A stretch of 64,000 nucleotides of DNA from a virus, in the IMG/VR virus record IMGVR_UViG_3300046314_000148, positions 48,246-112,245 of that record; one strand, written 5' to 3'. The translations under genes and the position numbers were made by a program. How positions within the stretch are numbered: the stretch's first letter is position 1; every line of letters starts with the position of its first letter. This document shows positions 39,095-49,922 of this stretch, piece by piece. The notes under the pieces are model-generated. The model was not told the DNA's origin. It ran no database searches and saw only the letters and a program-made list of their open reading frames with translations.

Positions 39095-39484
39095 ATGACT
39101 ACTTCTGCATGCTGCCCTGATGAATACTTTGGATCTAATCCCATTACCATTAAATGGAATGTCGTTAGAGGCGATACCGCTAAGCTTCGTGTCCAGTTCT
39201 TTGATAACGACGAGGTAACGGTATTTGATACAGATGGCTGGGAGTACGCTGCCTCGGCATATGATGCTAGAGGAGAATTCCTAGACGAACTAGAGGTATC
39301 TGTTGGCAATGGCTACTTGGATATAATTGCTGCCTCGGATGTCACTAAGAACTGGGGAGAGGGTTCTGGATCAGTGGTAGCAGAGCTAACATTTGATCTC
39401 GAAGTAACCATCGACGATACTGTCTGGACTCCAATTATAGGAACTATTTCTGTTATTGGTGATGTCACTGGAGGAAGCCTCTAA
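39095..39484 (+). CDS. Virion accessory protein (VVRGDT beta-sandwich type)
   Basis: WNVVRGDTA; related to 40310 and 44084; followed by 28-aa ORF 39484-39570. Confidence 0.6.
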   Translation: MTTSACCPDEYFGSNPITIKWNVVRGDTAKLRVQFFDNDEVTVFDTDGWEYAASAYDARGEFLDELEVSVGNGYLDIIAASDVTKNWGEGSGSVVAELTFDLEVTIDDTVWTPIIGTISVIGDVTGGSL

Positions 39485-39592
39485 TGCCAGTTATAAAAGT
39501 GACAACTAACAATATATCTATCCCACCAATTATTAAAATTGGCAACAAAGTTTTTAAAACAAATAAGTAATATAGTCTGAGATAATTGTTAT

Positions 39593-40294
39593 ATGGCAAC
39601 CTCATCTAACATTAATTTCCCTACATCGGGATACGCCTCCAAGGTAAAGGCTTCGCAGCAAATCGAAGAGCCACAATTTTTTGCCGTCCCAGGACCACAG
39701 GGGCCTCCTGGACCGCAGGGACCAAAGGGGCTTCCAGGAGTTCCAGGAGAGTCTATAAAAGGCGACAGAGGCGACACAGGCCCTGCAGGACCACAAGGAG
39801 AGGCTGGCAGGTCATATCTCCCATCGTATAATCAAAAAATTGGCTGGGCAAGGTATGTTAGCAAAACTGTTAAGTCAAAACCAATAGGTGCAACACGTGG
39901 AGAAGATGGCTGGGTTAGTTTTTGGATAGACTCTTCTCAGAAAATAGAAGACTATTTGCCAGAAGGATCTGTAAGCCTGTATAGTGATGAAACTAGAAGA
40001 ATAAACTTTAAAGGCCTAGAAATAGGATCTCAGATACAAATAACCTACGATTTTCAAATTGAGACATTTGGTAGCAACACTGAGCTTTGGGTAAGATCAC
40101 TATTTCCAGGAACCGAGAAGGCAGTAACAACCTTTTTTGCTTCTTTTAAGTATCAGCACACATACGATATATCAATAACTCAAAACTTCACTATCGATAG
40201 TCAACTAGAGAAAACAGCTGGAGTAGTTCCACAACTAATGTCAGACCTAGATGCTACAGCGATTCTAAAATCAGTATATATCTCAGTATATTAG
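39593..40294 (+). CDS. Collagen-like repeat virion protein
   Basis: Gly-X-Y repeats [14 protein letters not shown]. Confidence 0.8.
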   Translation: MATSSNINFPTSGYASKVKASQQIEEPQFFAVPGPQGPPGPQGPKGLPGVPGESIKGDRGDTGPAGPQGEAGRSYLPSYNQKIGWARYVSKTVKSKPIGATRGEDGWVSFWIDSSQKIEDYLPEGSVSLYSDETRRINFKGLEIGSQIQITYDFQIETFGSNTELWVRSLFPGTEKAVTTFFASFKYQHTYDISITQNFTIDSQLEKTAGVVPQLMSDLDATAILKSVYISVY

Positions 40295-40309
40295 TGTATA
40301 ATATAAGTT

Positions 40310-40675
40310 ATGGCATTCCCAGGTACATACAACATTTCATACTACAAAGGAGACACCTTTGAGTTTAGAATTTACCCTAAAGATATCACTGGTGCAGCCT
40401 TCGACTTAACAGATTTCTCTGCAAACGGTTCTGCAAAATTTACAATTGCTACCGCCAGAGGGTCTGGTGCAACTCAGGTAGAGGCTACAGCAGAGATCTC
40501 ATCAGACCTAACCCACATTGCATGCGTTATAACACCATCTCAGGGGTCTACCCTAAGTGCTTCAATACAATATGTCTATGACGTAGAAATCTCAAGAACT
40601 GTATCTGGAAGCTATCCTTATGTTTACACTTTGCTAACTGGTACGCTGTCTGTTACTGATCAGGTTTCTGTATAA
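40310..40675 (+). CDS. Virion accessory protein
   Basis: YKGDTF...YVYDVEI...LLTGTLSV. Confidence 0.6.
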   Translation: MAFPGTYNISYYKGDTFEFRIYPKDITGAAFDLTDFSANGSAKFTIATARGSGATQVEATAEISSDLTHIACVITPSQGSTLSASIQYVYDVEISRTVSGSYPYVYTLLTGTLSVTDQVSV

Positions 40676-41259
40676 TGGTAGATATTTCAACAACCATTGC
40701 TTCTGCAAATCTAAACATAATCGGCGGCCCTTCAAATATAGAGGTATCGGTTGACTATGGACAACGAGGCGATAGAGGCAGCTTAATTCTTTATGGTCAG
40801 GGAAAGCCACACCTAGTGAGCTTGCCAGAAACCGCAGCTCTATACGACATGTATATAAATCTTTTGCCATCAGACGACGAATACAGATATGTCTATCAGT
40901 ATATAAATACTCCTACTGGCCTAGAGTGGTCAGCACTTTTTAAGCTAGAGGTAAATACATATAGCAATAACCAGGACCTGTCTTTTGTGGATGGTTCTGT
41001 AGAGGTTTGGATTCCTGTGTCTTCAGTTACTGGATCAGAAGCCCCACTGTCTAGTTTAACTGCTGAAAGTTTTAATATTCAGTATTCCATAGTTTCTCAA
41101 AACCCAATAGCGTCATCATTTTCTATAGGGGATGTTACAACATCTCCAACAGACATTTTGTCTTTACCAATCACGATTAACGCATCAGAGCTAGACTCTG
41201 GAACTTGGTCGCCTCTATCTGGTCAGAAAACGGTTCACCTATTTGTGACTATGGTATAA
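40675..41259 (+). CDS. Putative virion protein
   Basis: Coupled ORF in structural cluster. Confidence 0.55.
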   Translation: MVDISTTIASANLNIIGGPSNIEVSVDYGQRGDRGSLILYGQGKPHLVSLPETAALYDMYINLLPSDDEYRYVYQYINTPTGLEWSALFKLEVNTYSNNQDLSFVDGSVEVWIPVSSVTGSEAPLSSLTAESFNIQYSIVSQNPIASSFSIGDVTTSPTDILSLPITINASELDSGTWSPLSGQKTVHLFVTMV

Positions 41260-41276
41260 TTTAGAAAGGTGATAAG

Positions 41277-41735
41277 ATGACTGCACAAAATATTGATGGT
41301 ACCTCTCTAGGTACTGGCGTTTATAATACAAAAGTTCCTGGATATGACGATCCAGCAGACATTCAAGCAGCTCTAAAACTATTCCTTTATGGATCAACGA
41401 CCTTCGACCCTGCAGCAGCAGGAGCAATCGATAACTTGCCAAATCCGTCTATTGCTAGATATATCAAGGTTATGCAAGATGAGATCGATGCTCTGGAATC
41501 AGCAGGACTTGGATCTTCGTATGGCAATGAGCCTACCTCTCCACCTTCTGGATATATCTGGATGCCAAATACCTCAACTACTACTGTTCCGCTAGTTCAA
41601 GCTGTTATTTACCAGAACTCTGCCCCAGTGTCAAACCTCGTTGACGGCCTACTGTGGGTAGATAAGAATTCGACACCACTAACAATGTATGTGTATGATC
41701 TAGGAACAACTACCTGGAAAGAGATAAGTGCATAA
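41277..41735 (+). CDS. Putative tail-fibre-associated protein
   Basis: P...G.IW / DGLLWVD fibre-type motifs. Confidence 0.55.
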   Translation: MTAQNIDGTSLGTGVYNTKVPGYDDPADIQAALKLFLYGSTTFDPAAAGAIDNLPNPSIARYIKVMQDEIDALESAGLGSSYGNEPTSPPSGYIWMPNTSTTTVPLVQAVIYQNSAPVSNLVDGLLWVDKNSTPLTMYVYDLGTTTWKEISA

Positions 41736-42379
41736 TGACAACATATCCGATAAGCTCAGAGGCCAAAGTTGCCTACCTATTTGACGGAACAAACTGGAGA
41801 CCAATCTCTGGTGTAGCTAGCCCAAGTGCTGACTATACCTGGACTGGCGATCATGTTTTTAATTCAGAATCAACAGTAACATTGGAGACAGTAGTAAAAA
41901 ATAAGGCTGGTATCAATAATTTTGCTACAGCTACCGCTAGAGATGCTGCACTGCCAAACCCAGTTACTGGCTTGGTTGCCTTTGTTGCATCCGATGCCGA
42001 TGGTACCGTAAATGACATTCAATTTTTCGATGGAACTAGGTGGAGATCATCTAATGATGCTGCTATTCTAAAGTCTCCAGTTGTATCTGCAAATGCTTAT
42101 ACACTTGTTGCAACAGATGCTGGCAACAGTCTAAAGATTACTGCTTCTACTGCAACAACTATCTATATTCCAGAAAATGCATCTAACTCATTTAAGATTG
42201 GTCAGAAGGTAGAGATCTTGAGACTTGGATCTGGTGCAGTATCTATTGCTCCAGTTTCTGGCACAGTAGTCCTTAACAGTAAATCTTCAAACAGAAAGAT
42301 TGCTGCACAATATTCTGGTGCAGTTCTTACAAAGACCAACACAAACGAGTGGCTCCTAATAGGCGATCTGACGGCGTAG
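41735..42379 (+). CDS. Putative tail fibre/minor tail protein
   Basis: FATATARDAAL; C-terminal AQYSGAVL...WLLIGDL domain shared with 48713. Confidence 0.65.
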   Translation: MTTYPISSEAKVAYLFDGTNWRPISGVASPSADYTWTGDHVFNSESTVTLETVVKNKAGINNFATATARDAALPNPVTGLVAFVASDADGTVNDIQFFDGTRWRSSNDAAILKSPVVSANAYTLVATDAGNSLKITASTATTIYIPENASNSFKIGQKVEILRLGSGAVSIAPVSGTVVLNSKSSNRKIAAQYSGAVLTKTNTNEWLLIGDLTA

Positions 42380-42387
42380 GATAAGTC

Positions 42388-42735
42388 ATGATTGGTTCAT
42401 TTGGTTTGTGGTCATCCTCTAAGGGAATGAAAACTGTATCTGACTTGGTCGGAAAAACTAGGACCGACGCTACTGCTCAGATACTGGCCGATGGGTTTAT
42501 CCAGGGAACAGAAACGAAGTTTGACTCTACAGATGCAGCAGACCTGCTAAAGCATAACACCATTAAGTCACAGGAACCTGTTGCTGGAACTTTGTTTACC
42601 TACGAGTTGCCAGTGAATGTAACCTATATATCGTTTGGCTTTACACCATTTGGAGTGTTTAGCTTTGGCCCATTTTCAGTTTTCAATTTCTTTGGAGTCT
42701 TCAGCTTTGGGTTTTCTGTATTTAGCTTTAGATAG
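42388..42735 (+). CDS. PASTA-like domain protein with Phe/Gly-rich C-terminal tail
   Basis: VSDLVGKT..DA...IKSQEPVAGT; tail FGFTPFGVFSFGPF...FSFR. Confidence 0.65.
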   Translation: MIGSFGLWSSSKGMKTVSDLVGKTRTDATAQILADGFIQGTETKFDSTDAADLLKHNTIKSQEPVAGTLFTYELPVNVTYISFGFTPFGVFSFGPFSVFNFFGVFSFGFSVFSFR

Positions 42736-43306
42736 TCTTCACGATTGTTGTATAAGAAACTGCCGAATACTTCCCAGCAAATTTTTCTATATCTTCGACT
42801 CTTGTTAGATGCCCATGCTTGGGTGCATGAATCATTTTTCCATTACCGACATATATACCAACGTGATATGCTGACTTGTTCCCGTTGTATTTGAATACTA
42901 CAAGGTCCCCAGGTTTTGGTGTTTTAGTCTTTGTTCCAAAGTTCTCCTGCTGGGATGCACGGTGCTCTAGTTCAACCCCCAGCTGCTCATAAAACCATAG
43001 GGTTAGCCCAGAGCAGTCCCAACCTTGGGGGGTAGCTCCAGAAAAAACATACCAAGTTTTGTTAACGTGAGCAGACAGTTTATCTATTGCTTTGTCTACT
43101 GCAATTGTGTTTTCTCTAAGCTTTTGAATTCTGGCTTCATTTATAGCGTCTTGTGCCCTGACCTCTAGTCTTTGTAGAGTGGCTACAGAGACATGGTTTC
43201 CACGTTCTGGTCTTTCGGGGGTTGTCGATCCAGAAGAAACTCCAGCTGAAATACTTCCAGTTGCAATTGTAAAAATTGTGGTTCCTATTAGCAATAATTC
43301 TTTCAT
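42728..43306 (-). CDS. Secreted NlpC/P60 cell-wall peptidase
   Basis: Signal peptide; YVFSG..P.GWDCSG, PGDLVVF, HVGIYVGNGKMIHA. Confidence 0.92.
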   Translation of the reverse strand: MKELLLIGTTIFTIATGSISAGVSSGSTTPERPERGNHVSVATLQRLEVRAQDAINEARIQKLRENTIAVDKAIDKLSAHVNKTWYVFSGATPQGWDCSGLTLWFYEQLGVELEHRASQQENFGTKTKTPKPGDLVVFKYNGNKSAYHVGIYVGNGKMIHAPKHGHLTRVEDIEKFAGKYSAVSYTTIVKTI

Positions 43307-43375
43307 AAATTACTACCTCCTTTTTATTCTTTTCGTAGTTACGACCCTTACACGGTCTTGGCGACAATATTTTTA

Positions 43376-43453
43376 TTAGTGCGATAGCAATAAAAATGTC
43401 TGTTGTTGAGAGTTAGTTAGGATTTCAACATTGTTGTTACTCTGTTTAGTCAT
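43376..43453 (-). CDS. 25-aa upstream leader ORF of the NlpC/P60 gene
   Basis: AAGGAGG RBS; MTKQSNNNVEILTNSQQQTFLLLSH. Confidence 0.5.
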   Translation of the reverse strand: MTKQSNNNVEILTNSQQQTFLLLSH

Positions 43454-43552
43454 TTGTCCTCCTTAGAACAAAAACTTCCTTTTACGGAAGTCAGACATCA
43501 ATTATACCACTTTTTAGTCATTTTAAGGAAACAGTCTGATATAATTTAATAT

Positions 43553-44065
43553 ATGGCCACAGGTAGATCCAATATATATGAAATTCCATTCCCACAATCT
43601 GGGGATGCCGTAAACGTTCATGGAGACATCAAGAGCCTTGTAGAAAGGCTAGACCTAGTTCTTCCACAAGCCTCATATGTCGATATTCCAGCAAAGAATA
43701 CATCTGGCTCAACCATACCTGCAGGATCTGCAGTCTACGTGACTGGTCATGATGGAACCAATGTTACGGTTTCTGCAGCAACTGGAAGCACGACTACCCC
43801 AACTTTGGGATTGCTTAGAGCATCAACAACAAACAACTCTGTAGGTGTCGTCGTTGTAGCAGGAGTTATCACAGGAATAAACACCTCTTCTTTCTCGGCT
43901 GGAGATACCCTATTTATCGGTGAATCTGGCGGACTAGTAAAAACATCTACATCAACTACTGGTGTTGCAGTTGCTACTGTAATTTATTCAGCAGTAAGCG
44001 GAACCATTATGGTTGGAACCCGAGGCGACGGAACATGGGGAGCACTAAAAGCTGGCATAGCTTAA
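43553..44065 (+). CDS. Putative virion (capsid decoration-like) protein
   Basis: KNTSGSTIPAGSAVY...GINTSSFSAGDTLFI. Confidence 0.55.
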   Translation: MATGRSNIYEIPFPQSGDAVNVHGDIKSLVERLDLVLPQASYVDIPAKNTSGSTIPAGSAVYVTGHDGTNVTVSAATGSTTTPTLGLLRASTTNNSVGVVVVAGVITGINTSSFSAGDTLFIGESGGLVKTSTSTTGVAVATVIYSAVSGTIMVGTRGDGTWGALKAGIA

Positions 44066-44083
44066 TGGTGGTATAATAATAAA

Positions 44084-44700
44084 ATGGCAAGAGGAAATAA
44101 CTACTCAGTTGGAAACATCCCCCCACAGGTCGCTTGGACAGTTGTGCGTGGAGATACTGCCGCATTCAGAGTCTACCTAACAGACGATACTAAGACAGCG
44201 TTGACCATGGCAGACTGGGACATATCGATGAAGATAAAGCGTCCAAACCTAGCAAAGAATCTTGGCATTATTACTGATGACGCAACCTTGGTACTAACTC
44301 TTACCCCAGCACCAGACGCAGATGATGTAGCTGGAGAGTTTACAGTCTCACTAACCGCAGAAGAATCAGAATCCCTAGAGACTGGAGACATCTTTGACAT
44401 CCAGGTTTCTCAGGTTGGAACTGTTTGGACTGTGGCCCAGGGTAAGATGATTATCCTGGAAGATGTAACTGACTAATGTCAAAATCTATAATTGTCGATA
44501 AAGCAAAACGCTCTGTAAGATATATTAAGAACTCTAACTTTTTTACATCCAAGATATCTTATAGATCTGGCACGGTAAAAATAAATCAAACCCTACCTTT
44601 TAGAATTAAATTCACTAATATCGGTATTGCTGGATATGGCCAAGGTGGAGCGGCACCAATTGGAATTGCAGTCATTGGACTGAACAACTACGTTATGTAA
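44084..44700 (+). CDS. Virion accessory protein (44084-44476) and small basic protein (44476-44700)
   Basis: WTVVRGDTA paralog; coupled ORFs. Confidence 0.55.
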
Positions 44701-44730
44701 TACATTCATAAACGATTGTATAATTAATGT

Positions 44731-45177
44731 ATGTCTAGAACAACCCTCCCCTATGTAAAGACCAGATTTCAAACTGGTGACCGTCCAGAACAACAGGACT
44801 ATGTAGATCTAATTGATACTACATCTGCTCAATCAACTGATCTAGGAAGCTTCGGTAATAACGAAAATACTATTTCTGGAATTGAGAACCCAACAGTAAT
44901 CGATTCATTCGATGCAACTATATGGCGTATGGTTAAGTACATGGTATCTATTTCTAAGGTATCAGATGGAAATAACCTGTTCTACGCAACCGAACTTACC
45001 ATCCTTGTAGACAACACAGACGTGAATGTCTCTGAGTATGGAACAATTGACAATGATGGGAATATTGGCACCGTTAGCGTCTCACGCTCTGGAGATACAG
45101 TCGCACTGACTGTTACCCCAGATGCAATAGTAAAGCCTGTTACTGTGCGATTCGCTCGCATCGGTCTCAAGGCGTAA
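44731..45177 (+). CDS. Putative fibre-associated virion protein
   Basis: RFQTGDRP; VKYMV...TEL...SEYG domain shared with C-terminus of 45200. Confidence 0.6.
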   Translation: MSRTTLPYVKTRFQTGDRPEQQDYVDLIDTTSAQSTDLGSFGNNENTISGIENPTVIDSFDATIWRMVKYMVSISKVSDGNNLFYATELTILVDNTDVNVSEYGTIDNDGNIGTVSVSRSGDTVALTVTPDAIVKPVTVRFARIGLKA

Positions 45178-45199
45178 TTACCCCAACTAGGAGATTAAA

Positions 45200-48109
45200 A
45201 TGGCAACAGTAAACAAGAATTTCAAGATCAAAAGCGGTCTTGTTGTAGAAGGTACCACAGGTACCATTAATGGTGAGAACATTCTTACCGAAGGTGCAAG
45301 CGACCAATATATCATTGATCTTATTGGCGGCGAAACACTAGTTACCTCAGTTGAATCGACTCAGCTTGAGGTAGTCAATGGAGAGCTTAACGTTAAGGCC
45401 AACGTATTCGATGACGCAGGTGCAGCAACCCAGGCATACAACGATGGCGTGGACTACACTAATGGTGAAATCACCACAGCACTAACAGCTGCACAGGGCT
45501 ATGCAACTACCGCAGAAGGTAATGCAAATGACTACACAGACGATGCAATTGCTGGAGAAGTAACAGATCGCAACAACGCAATCGATGGTGCAATCAACAC
45601 CGAAGTTACCAACCGCAACTCAGCAATTGCAACCGCTCAGACCGCTGCCGAAGACTACGCAGATACTGCTATTTCAAACCTTAACCTAGGCACAACCTAT
45701 GACGCATACGGTGCAGCAGCCACAGCAGAGCAGAACGCCATTGCCCACGCAGACTCTTTAACTACAGACGACATTGCAGAAGGTACAAACGAGTACTTTA
45801 CAGCAGATCGTGCTCAGGATGCAGTTGCTACTGCTCTATCTAATGGAACTCACACAAACATCACCGTAGCTTACGATGATGCAGCTAATGCAATTAGCCT
45901 TACTGGTGCAGTAACTTATACAGACGAAGATGCTAGAGACGCAATCGGAACTGCACTAACAGCTGGTGCAAATGCCGTTGTTACAGTAGACGACGCTGCA
46001 AATACCATTACAGTTGCCGTAGACGAAGACATCGTTATTCCATCTACTGGATCTCTAGAAGTTCAGACAAACGACTTTAACGTTGGTGCAGGTTCTGCAG
46101 CCCTTAGAACATCTGATGAGTATGTAAACCCACTTGCAGTGTTCTCTGGAGACTTTGATGACGACTACGCACAGGTAGTTATTAAGAACACTGGTTCTGG
46201 AGTCAACTCGTCATCTGACCTACAGCTTTACTCAAACAACGGAGATGACATCAATGGTGGTTGGGTAGACCTAGGTATCACATCGTCAACCTTCTCTGAC
46301 CCAAACTTTACAATCACATCGCCTAACGATGGTTACATCTTCATGGAGGCTCCAGAAGGAACCGACGGAAACGGTGACTTTGTTATCGCAACTGGATCTA
46401 ACGGTGCTAGAAACGCTATTGTTTTTGCAGCTGGAGGACTACAGTCTGACAACACACAGATGACCATTCTTCCAGATGAGTCAGTAACCATTGCTATCAA
46501 TACCCCATCTACATCTCCATCTACTGGTGCTCTTGTTGTTCAGGGTGGTGTTGGTATCCAAGGTGACGTTAACATCGAGGGTAACATTACATTCGGTGGA
46601 GAAGGAACAAGCCTTACAACTGAAAACCTAGCCGTTACAGACCCAATAATCTACGTTGGTGACCAGAACGCTGGAGACGCAGTAGACATGGGTATCGTTA
46701 CTGAGTACAAGGACGGTGCTACAACTAAGTTTGCTGGTGTTGTTCGTGACGCTTCTGATGGTGTCTTCAAGGTATTCTCTGGTGCAACAACTAAGCCAAC
46801 TTCTACAGTTGACTTTGCTGGTGCTGGCCTAGAGTACGGAGATTTGAAGGTAGACGAGATTGTCGCAGCTAGTGCAACACTTACTAACGTTACCATCGGC
46901 GTAGTTGACCAGGATGAGATTGCCTACCTAAACGGTGTGACATCTAACATTCAGGATCAGCTAGACGCTAAGCAGGCAGAGGTTACAGCTGGAGACGGTC
47001 TATCATTCTCGGGCACAACCCTAAATGTTGACCTAGACCCTACTAGCAACCTAACTCTTGCTGGCGGCCTACTAGCGGTTGATACAACATCGATTGCAAC
47101 TCGTACCTATGCAGATGGTGCTGCAAGCGATGCAGACACTTCAGCAAGAGGATACGCAGACAGCCTTGCCTCTAACTACGACGCAGCAGGAGCAGCCGCA
47201 ACTGCTAAGTCAGAAGCAATTTCTGATGCCGCAGACTATACAAATACTGCCCTAGAGTCATACACAACAGCTGCAAGCCTAGAGACAACAATCGATGGAT
47301 ATGGATTTGCTTACACAAGCGAAATCCCAACATCAACCGATGCACTTTTCGAAGGTGTAAATAATCTATACTACACCGATGCTCGTGTAGATGGAGAAGT
47401 CGTAGGTCTTTTGACAAATGCCACTCTAAACAACATTAGCATTACTGCAGATGGGTATGACCTAACCATTACTGCAGAAAATGGTGTTGGAGACTCTACA
47501 ACCGACGATCTAGTCGAAGGTGAAGATAACCTTTACTACACAACTGGACGTGCAAAGTCAGATGCAGCGAATCTTCTAGTCGGAGCAACCCTCAGCAACA
47601 TAACTATTACTGGTGACGGCGACGGTCTAACCATTACTGCAGAAAATGGTGTAGCTGGTTCAACCACATCCGATCTTACCGAAGGCACAAACCTTTACTT
47701 CACAGACCAGAGAGCTTTGGATGCAATTGCAAATGAAACTATCTATCCAACAGTTGTAGAGATTAATGACTACCGCAAGGAAGAGGCAACGAGAATATCT
47801 GCTGCCTCAGAGTCAACTGTAAACCTACATACCTTTGGCTACCCATACGAATCAGCTAAATACTTGGTTCGTGTAGTTGGCTGGGTTGGTGGAGTAAAGC
47901 ACTCACAGCTTACAGAAATTCTTGTAACAAAGGATGGAAACAATAACATTGCTATCACAGAGTATGGAATGATCTGCACAAACACAGACAACATTGCATC
48001 ATTTACTGCCACAGAGTCATCAGGGGAAATAACCCTGACTGCTACTACTGGAGTAGTAAGCAGCTGTGAAATAGTTACAGCAGCAACCCTACTTTCTTGG
48101 GCAGACTAA
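45200..48109 (+). CDS. Long tail fibre-like protein
   Basis: Repeated TTDD(I/L)xEGxNxY(F/Y)T..R and A..A...A..YAD motifs; STSPSTGALVVQGGVGI. Confidence 0.75.
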   Translation: MATVNKNFKIKSGLVVEGTTGTINGENILTEGASDQYIIDLIGGETLVTSVESTQLEVVNGELNVKANVFDDAGAATQAYNDGVDYTNGEITTALTAAQGYATTAEGNANDYTDDAIAGEVTDRNNAIDGAINTEVTNRNSAIATAQTAAEDYADTAISNLNLGTTYDAYGAAATAEQNAIAHADSLTTDDIAEGTNEYFTADRAQDAVATALSNGTHTNITVAYDDAANAISLTGAVTYTDEDARDAIGTALTAGANAVVTVDDAANTITVAVDEDIVIPSTGSLEVQTNDFNVGAGSAALRTSDEYVNPLAVFSGDFDDDYAQVVIKNTGSGVNSSSDLQLYSNNGDDINGGWVDLGITSSTFSDPNFTITSPNDGYIFMEAPEGTDGNGDFVIATGSNGARNAIVFAAGGLQSDNTQMTILPDESVTIAINTPSTSPSTGALVVQGGVGIQGDVNIEGNITFGGEGTSLTTENLAVTDPIIYVGDQNAGDAVDMGIVTEYKDGATTKFAGVVRDASDGVFKVFSGATTKPTSTVDFAGAGLEYGDLKVDEIVAASATLTNVTIGVVDQDEIAYLNGVTSNIQDQLDAKQAEVTAGDGLSFSGTTLNVDLDPTSNLTLAGGLLAVDTTSIATRTYADGAASDADTSARGYADSLASNYDAAGAAATAKSEAISDAADYTNTALESYTTAASLETTIDGYGFAYTSEIPTSTDALFEGVNNLYYTDARVDGEVVGLLTNATLNNISITADGYDLTITAENGVGDSTTDDLVEGEDNLYYTTGRAKSDAANLLVGATLSNITITGDGDGLTITAENGVAGSTTSDLTEGTNLYFTDQRALDAIANETIYPTVVEINDYRKEEATRISAASESTVNLHTFGYPYESAKYLVRVVGWVGGVKHSQLTEILVTKDGNNNIAITEYGMICTNTDNIASFTATESSGEITLTATTGVVSSCEIVTAATLLSWAD

Positions 48110-48175
48110 TTAAGTAAAAGGTTGGGGGGATCCTTTCAAAATCCCCCACACTAAGTTTTAAAATAGGAGAAGCAC

Positions 48176-48637
48176 ATGGCAACAGTCGAAAAAGACTTTA
48201 AGGTTAAAAATGGACTGCTAGTTACATCTGGCGGTAGTTTTGGTGGCACAGTAGTTGTTGCCACTCCAACCGACCCTACCCACGCAGCCACTAAGGCCTA
48301 TGTGGATTCGCTAACCGATAGCCCCCTCGTAAATGTTCAGTCAACTGCACCAGAAGAGCCTGTATCTGGCCAGATGTATGTTAACTCAGAAACTGGAAGA
48401 CTAACAATTTTTGACGGAACAAATTGGATAACCTTTGCAACCTTAACAGATGCAGAGACAATACCAGAGCACATCCACGATACATCAATCGGCGGATCTG
48501 GTCTGATCGTAAGTACTTTTATAGATTCTGGATTCTACAACTCTCCATCAGGAGCAGCTTTAGATGGTGGATTCTATAATGAAACCGTTTGGGATAACAC
48601 CTATGACGGCGGAATAGCAACAGACAACTTTAATTAA
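48176..48637 (+). CDS. Fibre-associated virion protein
   Basis: MATVEKDFKVKNGL shared N-terminus; HAATKAYVD. Confidence 0.6.
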   Translation: MATVEKDFKVKNGLLVTSGGSFGGTVVVATPTDPTHAATKAYVDSLTDSPLVNVQSTAPEEPVSGQMYVNSETGRLTIFDGTNWITFATLTDAETIPEHIHDTSIGGSGLIVSTFIDSGFYNSPSGAALDGGFYNETVWDNTYDGGIATDNFN

Positions 48638-48712
48638 ATATTCATATAAATGAATGTTATAATTATAAATAGATACCCAAAGGGTCAGCCCCAATATTAG
48701 GAGATAATTACT

Positions 48713-49900
48713 ATGGCAACAAGAATGCAGCAACGCAGAGGAACTGCGGCTCAATGGACTTCAGCAGATCCAATCCTAGCAGCAGGAGAGATCGGCTTCG
48801 AGTCAGACACAGGCTTCTTCAAGATGGGTGACGGGACCAACCACTGGTCAGACCTATCATACTTCAAGGACCTGGGGGACCTAGCTGGATCATTTGACGA
48901 CTATGTTCCACTTACCCAAAAGGGTGCTGCTAACGGTGTTGCTACCCTAGATGGACAGTCTCAGATTCCTATCGCTCAGCTATCAAATATCATCATGGCC
49001 GCTCCAGAAGCCTTAGACACCCTAAACGAGATAGCAAATGAGATCGATGGAGTTAACGGTATCGTACAGACAAAGATCGATGCAGCCGTAACCACAGTAA
49101 ACTCTACCATTGACAGCTCTATTGTCGAAGGCGTTGATGATGCTCTAGGAAACTTGATCGCAGCTGGCACAGGACTAACAAAGTCATTTGACTCTGAGAC
49201 AAGAATTCTTACAATTTCTGCAGATTCAACTTTAGCTACAGATACCGAGCTATCAACAGCAATCTCTGACCACAACTCAGACAGCACAAATGTTCACGGT
49301 ATTGCAGATACCTCTGTTCTAGTTGTTCAATCAACCATCGATGCCCTAACAACTGACGACATCGCAGAAGGAACTAACGAGTATTACACAGATGCAAAGG
49401 CCCTAGCTGCAAATGCTTCAGCAATCGCTACAGCAAAGTCAGAAGCTATCGCAGATGCTACTAGCCAGGTTAGTGCCATCATTGACTCAGCTCCGTCAGC
49501 ACTGAACACACTGAATGAACTTGCGGCTGCTCTTGGAGACGACGCAAACTTCGCATCTACAGTAACCACAGCTCTTGATGGAAAGGTTGCATCATTTACA
49601 TCAATAAACCAGAAGACCTCAGCCTATACAACAGTGCTCACAGACCGTGACAAGCTTGTAGAGGTCAACTCATCGTCTGGTGTAACCATTACCATCCCTA
49701 CGAATGCATCAGTTGCCTACCCAGTAGGAACCTCGATCGATATCCTTCAGACTGGTTCTGGACAGGTTACAATTGCAGGTTCAGGAGGAGTTACTGTTAA
49801 TGCTACTCCAGGCCTAAAGCTACGCACTCAGTGGTCTTCAGCCACACTATTCAAGCGAGCAACCGACACTTGGGTTGTTTTCGGAGATCTATCAGCTTAA
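48713..49900 (+). CDS. Tail fibre with Mtd-like N-terminal domain
   Basis: QRRGTAAQWTSADPILAAGEIGFESDTG..K.GDG; APSALNTLNELAAALGDDANF. Confidence 0.8.
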   Translation: MATRMQQRRGTAAQWTSADPILAAGEIGFESDTGFFKMGDGTNHWSDLSYFKDLGDLAGSFDDYVPLTQKGAANGVATLDGQSQIPIAQLSNIIMAAPEALDTLNEIANEIDGVNGIVQTKIDAAVTTVNSTIDSSIVEGVDDALGNLIAAGTGLTKSFDSETRILTISADSTLATDTELSTAISDHNSDSTNVHGIADTSVLVVQSTIDALTTDDIAEGTNEYYTDAKALAANASAIATAKSEAIADATSQVSAIIDSAPSALNTLNELAAALGDDANFASTVTTALDGKVASFTSINQKTSAYTTVLTDRDKLVEVNSSSGVTITIPTNASVAYPVGTSIDILQTGSGQVTIAGSGGVTVNATPGLKLRTQWSSATLFKRATDTWVVFGDLSA

Positions 49901-49922
49901 TCCTAGAAGGGGAATGAATTAA

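Noticed and set aside
43307-43510. c-di-AMP (ydaO) riboswitch before NlpC/P60
   Set aside because: Leader is AT-rich and lacks recognisable ydaO consensus; a uORF explains it better.
48713-49900. Diversity-generating retroelement
   Set aside because: Only the Mtd-like N-terminus is present; no reverse transcriptase or template/variable repeat pair seen.
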